64,000 bases of DNA from a bacterium. Its GTDB lineage: Bacteria; Electryoneota; Electryoneia; Electryoneales; Electryoneaceae. Below the pieces are notes generated by a model that was not told where the DNA came from, did no database searches, and was given only the letters and a program-made list of their open reading frames with translations. A program made the translations under genes and the position numbers. Where the stretch lies: the NCBI GenBank assembly GCA_043801585.1, contig JAZDLX010000115.1:32001-96000 (forward strand), read 5' to 3'. Position 1 is the stretch's first letter, and every line of letters begins with the position of its first letter. Shown piece by piece: positions 58,097 to 64,000 of this stretch.

Positions 58097-59089
58097 ATGA
58101 ACAGAATCCTCAGCCAGGACGAAATTGATGCACTGCTTAGCAGTGTATCCAAAGGCAAAAGCTACGAGTCGATCGAGCGGGAGCCGAAGAAAGCCGTAAC
58201 GGTTTACGACTTCAAGCATCCCGACCGCATCTCGAAAGAACAGATTCGCACGATGCGAACGATCCACGAGAACTTTGCGCGCCTGTTCGCGACGTTTCTC
58301 TCGACGAACCTGCGCGCCCTTGTGGACGTCAACGTCATTTCGATCGACCAGGTGACATACAGCGAATACACCATGTCACTGTCCATGCCATCGTCGCTTT
58401 ACCTCTTGCGTCTGCCGGATCTTGAGGGAAAGGCGGTTGTCGAAATCAGCCCGCAGTTTCTGCTTTTTGTTGTCGATCGGCTGCTGGGTGGCACAGGCGA
58501 AACGGAAATCGAGATCCGTGAGATTACTCTGATCGAACAGAATATCGTGCAGAGGATCATCAACAATCTGATCAACACCTTGAACGAAGTGTGGAGCCAG
58601 ATTTATCCGTTGAACGCTCAATTCGACAGCTTCGAAACGGATCCACAGTTCGTTCAGATTGCCCGTTCTTCGGAAACGATCGCGATCATCTTCTTTGAAA
58701 TCAAGGTTCGCGGCGCAGTGTATCCGATGAACATCGGTTTCCCGTATTTCGTGCTGGAACCCATCCTGCAGAAACTGTCGACTCAGACCTTCTTCGTAAA
58801 CGTCAAGAAGGTAGGCGAGGATGAATCGAAACTGCTTGAAGACAGGATTCGCTCCTCGACGCTCAGTGTTTCGGCACTGTTCCACCAAACCTCGCTGACG
58901 GTACAGGAATTTCTATCGCTGCGCCGTGGCGACATCGTTCAACTCGATAAAGAACTCGACGAGGAGCTGAAAGTCCGCGTCGGTAACAAGATCAAGTATT
59001 TCGGGGTGCCTGGACGCTCGGGGCGGAAACTCGCGGTTCGTGTAACGCGGGTGATCACCTTCGATGAAGTTCTGGCCCTGGAGAGGTGA
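58097..59089 (+). CDS. fliM: Flagellar motor switch protein FliM
   Basis: ILSQDEIDALL, YDFKHPDRISKEQ, DRLLGG.G. Confidence 0.97.
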   Translation: MNRILSQDEIDALLSSVSKGKSYESIEREPKKAVTVYDFKHPDRISKEQIRTMRTIHENFARLFATFLSTNLRALVDVNVISIDQVTYSEYTMSLSMPSSLYLLRLPDLEGKAVVEISPQFLLFVVDRLLGGTGETEIEIREITLIEQNIVQRIINNLINTLNEVWSQIYPLNAQFDSFETDPQFVQIARSSETIAIIFFEIKVRGAVYPMNIGFPYFVLEPILQKLSTQTFFVNVKKVGEDESKLLEDRIRSSTLSVSALFHQTSLTVQEFLSLRRGDIVQLDKELDEELKVRVGNKIKYFGVPGRSGRKLAVRVTRVITFDEVLALER

Positions 59090-59095
59090 TGGATC

Positions 59096-60079
59096 ATGGC
59101 GATTGACAACAAATACCGCGTTGTCGAAGAACAGGCGATTTCGGTGATGAAGGATGTTTTCGGACCGGTTCTCAACCGAGATGTCAACATCGAAATCATT
59201 GAACTGGAGCAGGCCGAGGTGGCACGCCTTTCCGAGATCTTCAAGGAAGAGGCCGTATTGATCGAGGTTCCCCTCGAGAGCACCACCGAGGGATCCCTCT
59301 ACTACCTGTTCACTCAGAAACTGGCAGCTGCGATTACCGATCTGATGGTGATGGGGGATGGATCGGCGCCGTTCAGCGATGAGTCCCTTGACGGGGTCGC
59401 CGAAGCCGTCAACCAGATCGTCGGCGCACAGACGACGTTCTGGGCTGATGAGCTCAAGGTGAACCTCTCTTTCGGCAACGCTCAAGGGGGGCTCGTAGCC
59501 GTTTCCGACCTGAACGTGCCCATTGCGGACCTGATTGAAGTTCGCTACAACATGGTAATCTCGGATTGGGGCGATGAGACGTTCGTCAAGCTCGTGCCGA
59601 ATGGTGTGATTGATCTTCTCGCCAATGCCTCAGGGGGAGAGATCAGCCCCGAGCAGGAGATGGCGCAGTCTGGTTTTTCATCGACACTCGAACCTTCTGG
59701 AGCCTCTCAGGGCACTCCTGCGGGAAAAAGCGCACCATCCACTGCTCGTCCAGCGGCTCGTGCTGTTCAGTTCGGCCAGTTTGACACGGGCGGCGCGTAC
59801 CAACCCGGTCCGGATGATCCACGAAATCTCGAACTTCTGATGGACATTTCGTTGCCCGTGACCATCGAACTCGGTCGAACTCAAATGCTGATCAAAGACG
59901 TTCTTGAGATCGGACCCGGTTCCGTCATCGAGCTTCAGAAGCTTTCGGGTGAGCCCGTCGATCTGTACATTAACGACAAACGATTTGCACTCGGTGAAGT
60001 CGTTGTGATCGACGAGAACTTCGGAATCCGCATCACCGAGCTTCTTAGTGTAGAGGATCGCATCAAGGCGTTGAAATGA
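59096..60079 (+). CDS. fliY: FliY/FliN switch protein (CheC-like + SpoA domain)
   Basis: [14 protein letters not shown]-terminal [27 protein letters not shown]. Confidence 0.88.
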   Translation: MAIDNKYRVVEEQAISVMKDVFGPVLNRDVNIEIIELEQAEVARLSEIFKEEAVLIEVPLESTTEGSLYYLFTQKLAAAITDLMVMGDGSAPFSDESLDGVAEAVNQIVGAQTTFWADELKVNLSFGNAQGGLVAVSDLNVPIADLIEVRYNMVISDWGDETFVKLVPNGVIDLLANASGGEISPEQEMAQSGFSSTLEPSGASQGTPAGKSAPSTARPAARAVQFGQFDTGGAYQPGPDDPRNLELLMDISLPVTIELGRTQMLIKDVLEIGPGSVIELQKLSGEPVDLYINDKRFALGEVVVIDENFGIRITELLSVEDRIKALK

Positions 60080-60507
60080 CAGAAGATAAGAAGCCTTTCG
60101 GAAGGCTGGGCGTTCGCCTTGCGCAGATGGTTGCCCTCCTTTCGCTGGCGATCCCCGCCGAAGCGGCGCAGATCATCGCGCCGCCGGAGAGCTTTGGCGC
60201 GGCACTCGTTCGGACGGGGGCCGCGCTCCTGTTCATTCTGGGGTTGTTTTTTCTGCTTGTTTACGTGATGAAACGGTACTTTCCCAACGTCTTCGGTGGC
60301 CCGGCGCCAGGATCGAGTGCATCAAACGCACATATTGAACTTCTGGCGACTCGCCCGATCGGTCCAAAACGCTACCTCCATCTGATCCGGATCGGAAAAC
60401 GTGAACTACTCCTGGGTTCGTCCGAACAGGGTGTCAACAAACTCGGAGAATGGGAGTCAACGATGAAACCGGAGTCGAAATCACAGATTGACGAACCGGC
60501 TGGTTGA
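60076..60507 (+). CDS. fliO: Flagellar biosynthesis protein FliO
   Basis: TM, IGPKR.L.LIRIG..LLLG. Confidence 0.87.
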   Translation: MTEDKKPFGRLGVRLAQMVALLSLAIPAEAAQIIAPPESFGAALVRTGAALLFILGLFFLLVYVMKRYFPNVFGGPAPGSSASNAHIELLATRPIGPKRYLHLIRIGKRELLLGSSEQGVNKLGEWESTMKPESKSQIDEPAG

Positions 60508-60569
60508 AGCGCAATGCCCCGCCCAATATGTTACCTTAGCATGATTTTCCAAGAAACCTGGGTGACGAA

Positions 60570-62138
60570 TTGAACGATACCAGCAAAACCATCAATCGAC
60601 CACCATCGGCGGATGAAAACGGTGTTTCCCCGGCACGGACGGACAGTAAGGGCGGCAAGGGTGAACGCCTGACGGAAGGCGAAGCGGTCGTTTCGGGGAA
60701 CATCCGGGTCGTCTGTTCATTGTCGACGAACGCCGTGGAAGCCTACATAACCGTGCGAACCCCTCCCAACACAAGCGTTCCCATCGAAATGATCCAGGAA
60801 GCTCTTCAACGTGAAAAAGTCACCGTAGGTTTGATGCAGGATGTCATCGAGGACCTTTCGCGCGCCAAGGGCAAACGTGGGGTGCCGGTGCTGGTTGCAA
60901 AGGGAAATCTTTCAGGGGGAGGGACAGATGCGCGAGTTGAGTATTTCTTCGAGACAGAACCAAAGCCGAAGATAAAGGTTTCGGAAAAGGACGGCCGGGT
61001 CGATTACCGGGAAGCGGGAATCATCCAGCAGGTCAACGAAGGACAGCTTCTTGCCATTAAAACACCTGCCATGCCCGGAGAATCGGGTATCTCAGTGACG
61101 GGTGTTATGATCACGGGCAAAACAGGCACCGATGTTCCCCTGTTGCGTGGTCAGGGAACTCATTTTGAAGACGAGGACAAGCTCAGGCTTATCGCGGAGA
61201 TCCCGGGAAGTGCAAAACTGCGTGGAAACGGGGAAGTGGAGGTCAGCAGCCGCCATATCGTTGACGGTGACATCGATTTTGAAACTGGAAACGTCCGGTT
61301 CAATGGATCGGTGATAGTCAAGGGAAGTGTGCGAGCGGGCTTTGAGGTTGTAGCTACCCATGACATCGAGATCCAGGGAGTAGTCGAGGATGCCATGGTT
61401 CACTGTGGCGGAAATCTGCTGCTTCGTGGTGGATTTATCGGGCAGGGAAAAGGATTGATTAAGGTTGGCGGGGAAACCCACATCAAATTCGTCGAAGGGC
61501 AGACCGTCTACGGCAATCACGACGTCTATATCGCTGAAGAGATCATCCATGCGAACGTCATCTCTGGTGGGCGCGTCATCGTCAAATTCGGCAAAGGCGC
61601 AATCATCGGAGGGAAAGTGTTTGCCCGTGACGGGATCAACGCAAAAATCCTCGGCAACATCCACTACGTTCGTACCCACCTGCGTACAGGGACTGATCCT
61701 CATCTGGATCAGCAATTGCAGAAAATTGCCGGCGTCATCAATAACAAGCAGATCATGAAGGAGAAGACGCAAGCTGCCATCAATGTTTATGTGCAGAAAA
61801 AATATGCAGAATCGAAGGGATTGAGCACCACGGAAGAGGAGCATCTAAAGTATCTCTACCACGTTATGAGCCACTATGACGAGTGGTCAAAATACCTGGC
61901 CAATAAGTATGAAAAACTGATTGAGGAACGTGAACATCTCGACCTGAGCGCTTTCGTGATCGCCGAGCAGCAGGCCCATCCGGGGGTCTTCATTGAAGTA
62001 GCAATGCTTCAACGAAAACTCGACAAGGAATTCAGAGGGGTCGCATTCAAGGTCAAAGACCGGATTCTCACCGCACTGCGGCCGATCGGGCACGAGGGGG
62101 AGTACAAACTTTACGAGGGTGAAGGAGCCGAATCGTGA
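60570..62138 (+). CDS. FapA/DUF342 family protein
   Basis: GRVDYRE, G..VTG, GDIDFETGNV.F.G.V.V.G.V..GF.V.A, IIGG. Confidence 0.88.
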   Translation: MNDTSKTINRPPSADENGVSPARTDSKGGKGERLTEGEAVVSGNIRVVCSLSTNAVEAYITVRTPPNTSVPIEMIQEALQREKVTVGLMQDVIEDLSRAKGKRGVPVLVAKGNLSGGGTDARVEYFFETEPKPKIKVSEKDGRVDYREAGIIQQVNEGQLLAIKTPAMPGESGISVTGVMITGKTGTDVPLLRGQGTHFEDEDKLRLIAEIPGSAKLRGNGEVEVSSRHIVDGDIDFETGNVRFNGSVIVKGSVRAGFEVVATHDIEIQGVVEDAMVHCGGNLLLRGGFIGQGKGLIKVGGETHIKFVEGQTVYGNHDVYIAEEIIHANVISGGRVIVKFGKGAIIGGKVFARDGINAKILGNIHYVRTHLRTGTDPHLDQQLQKIAGVINNKQIMKEKTQAAINVYVQKKYAESKGLSTTEEEHLKYLYHVMSHYDEWSKYLANKYEKLIEEREHLDLSAFVIAEQQAHPGVFIEVAMLQRKLDKEFRGVAFKVKDRILTALRPIGHEGEYKLYEGEGAES

Positions 62139-62932
62139 GAGGATGGGTGAAAAAAGGGATGCCGGCAGTCCGGGGCCGAGCATTTCGCATCGCCTTGCTG
62201 ATCGGTCCACTTCTCCTGGTCGCGTTCCTGACGGTGGGAGACGCCCAGGCCCAGACACCCCTGCCAAGCGTTAACATTTCTGTCGGACAGGCAGATTCTC
62301 CCCAGGATCTGTCGGTAACGATCCAGATCCTGCTCCTGCTCACGGTTCTCACTCTGGCGCCTTCGATCCTGGTGATGACGACGAGTTTCGTCAGGATTAT
62401 CGTCGCATTCCATTTCCTCCGACAGGCGATGGGGACGCAGACGCTTCCCCCAAACCAGGTCATCGTCGGACTTGCTCTGTTCATGACCATTGCCATCATG
62501 CAGCCGGTCATCAACGATATCTACGAGAATGCCTGGCTGCCCTATTCGCAGCAACAGATTACTCTTCAGCAGGGGTGGGATCGGGCAAAGGTGCCGATGC
62601 GGGAGTTCATGTTGCGTCAGACGCGGGAAAAAGACCTTGATCTGTTTGTGAAAATCAGCAAGCTCGAGCAACCGGGAACCCCTGCCGACCTCCCGATGAG
62701 CGTAATCATTCCGGCGTTTATGACAAGTGAACTTCGCATCGGTTTTCAGATTGGATTCCTCGTATATCTCCCGATGCTCGTGGTGGACATGGTGGTCGCG
62801 TCCGTGTTGATGTCGATGGGGATGATGATGCTGCCGCCGATCATGATCAGTTTGCCGTTCAAGTTGTTGTTGTTTGTCCTTGTGGACGGCTGGTACCTGG
62901 TGGTCCAATCGTTGGTTGAGAGTTTCCGATGA
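62135..62932 (+). CDS. fliP: Flagellar export gate protein FliP
   Basis: MTTSFVRI, PPNQV, PAFMTSEL, MGMMMLPP, LPFKLLLFVLVDGW. Confidence 0.98.
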   Translation: MRGWVKKGMPAVRGRAFRIALLIGPLLLVAFLTVGDAQAQTPLPSVNISVGQADSPQDLSVTIQILLLLTVLTLAPSILVMTTSFVRIIVAFHFLRQAMGTQTLPPNQVIVGLALFMTIAIMQPVINDIYENAWLPYSQQQITLQQGWDRAKVPMREFMLRQTREKDLDLFVKISKLEQPGTPADLPMSVIIPAFMTSELRIGFQIGFLVYLPMLVVDMVVASVLMSMGMMMLPPIMISLPFKLLLFVLVDGWYLVVQSLVESFR

Positions 62933-63195
62933 CACAGGAATTCGCCATTTTCATCATGCGTGAGACGTTGTTCACGGCATTGATGCTTGCGGCTCCGATG
63001 CTGCTCGCCGGCCTCATTGTTGGTGTCTCGATCAGCCTGCTGCAATCGATGACACAAGTCCAGGAAATGACCTTGACCTTCATCCCGAAGATTGTATCGG
63101 TGGTGACGGTGCTGATTCTGTTGGCCCCCTGGATGCTGAGTCTGATCACCTCTTTTTTCCACCGCGTTATGGAATACGTCGCACAGATTACGTGA
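62929..63195 (+). CDS. fliQ: Flagellar export protein FliQ
   Basis: QSMTQVQEMTLTFIPKI, PWML. Confidence 0.97.
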   Translation: MTQEFAIFIMRETLFTALMLAAPMLLAGLIVGVSISLLQSMTQVQEMTLTFIPKIVSVVTVLILLAPWMLSLITSFFHRVMEYVAQIT

Positions 63196-63207
63196 GGATT
63201 CAGAATC

Positions 63208-64000
63208 TTGACTGAGGGAACCTCATCTCGGATTCTCGTCATCGACGACGAACAGAGCATTCGTGAAATGCTCGCCCAAGCCCTCGAAATCGGAGGGTTT
63301 GAGGTGGAGACTGCCACAGATGGGAAAGAGGGTCTTGAAAAATTCAGTGTAGATAAAGCGTTCGATGTTGTGCTTACGGACCTGATGATGCCGAAGGTGA
63401 ACGGCATGCAGGTGCTTGAGGAGGTGAAGAGGCTGGATCCCACGGTCGAGCTGATCATGCTCACCGGTTTCGGTGGTAATGAATCCGCCATTGAAGCGAT
63501 GAAAAAGGGCGCCTACGATTATCTGCAGAAGCCGACCAATGTTGAAGAACTCTTCATCACCGTGCAGAAGGCCATCGAACGAAGGCGTCTTTCCGAAGAA
63601 AACAGACAATATCAGCGGAATCTTGAACGCCTCGTCAGGGAACGGACGCGCGAACTAAGTGAAACGAAGAATTTCCTTCAGTCGATCCTCGATTCTTCCC
63701 TGGACTATTCAATCATCGCTACCGGTTTGAACGGGGTAATCACCTTGTTCAATAAAGGCTCCGAACGGTTAACGGGTTTTTCCGCCAAGGATTCAGAAGC
63801 AAAGATGACCATCTATGACCTCGTACCCGGACTCGAGGAAAAACTGAAGAAGAGTGGAAAGGACGGACTGAAACCCGAACGAGGAACTCCGCGGGAGACA
63901 GAGTGCACTGTGATGCGTGCCGACGGGGAAATGGTCACCGTTTCGATGTCCATTGCAACCCTGACAAATCAGAAGAAGACGATTGTCGGCATGTTGTTCA
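63208..64000 (+). CDS. Receiver + coiled-coil + PAS signalling protein, 3'-truncated by window edge
   Basis: Manually translated (absent from ORF track): RILVIDDE, TDLMMPKVNG, GAYDYLQKP, LERLVRERT.EL, FNKGSERLTGFS; TTG start inferred. Confidence 0.88.
   Translation, partial: MTEGTSSRILVIDDEQSIREMLAQALEIGGFEVETATDGKEGLEKFSVDKAFDVVLTDLMMPKVNGMQVLEEVKRLDPTVELIMLTGFGGNESAIEAMKKGAYDYLQKPTNVEELFITVQKAIERRRLSEENRQYQRNLERLVRERTRELSETKNFLQSILDSSLDYSIIATGLNGVITLFNKGSERLTGFSAKDSEAKMTIYDLVPGLEEKLKKSGKDGLKPERGTPRETECTVMRADGEMVTVSMSIATLTNQKKTIVGMLF

Overview
This is a chromosomal window from a flagellated diderm bacterium. The T9SS-type 'YPNPFNP' C-terminal domain, Lnt and BamD suggest an FCB-group lineage, which is an inference. 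In order the window holds: the end of a hybrid histidine kinase, yebC, an Rrf2-sufCBD-Rieske-sufS-sufU operon, a 2-oxoacid dehydrogenase operon with lipoate ligase, redox and accessory genes (rubredoxin, LKR, Trx-NHL, Gpx, fatty-acid hydroxylase, LVIVD protein, three-gene transhydrogenase, nitroreductase, a frameshifted cytochrome c lipoprotein), a housekeeping run (yicC-gmk-rpoZ-coaBC-udg-dnaB-rel-HU-ruvX-lnt-bamD-nadD) and a large sigma54-driven flagellar cluster (flgB to fliQ). I found no rRNA, tRNA, CRISPR array or transposase. The strongest unexplained signal is a candidate ~225-nt structured sRNA on the minus strand (~29007 to 28785). It has a canonical sigma54 promoter, an IHF-like site, a palindromic enhancer-like site and its own terminator, and its 5' hairpin resembles the flgD leader hairpin. 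Also notable are a structured flgE leader that sequesters the SD, ftr-like enhancers, two REP-like clusters and the cytochrome c frameshift. All calls come from manual reading; no searches were run.
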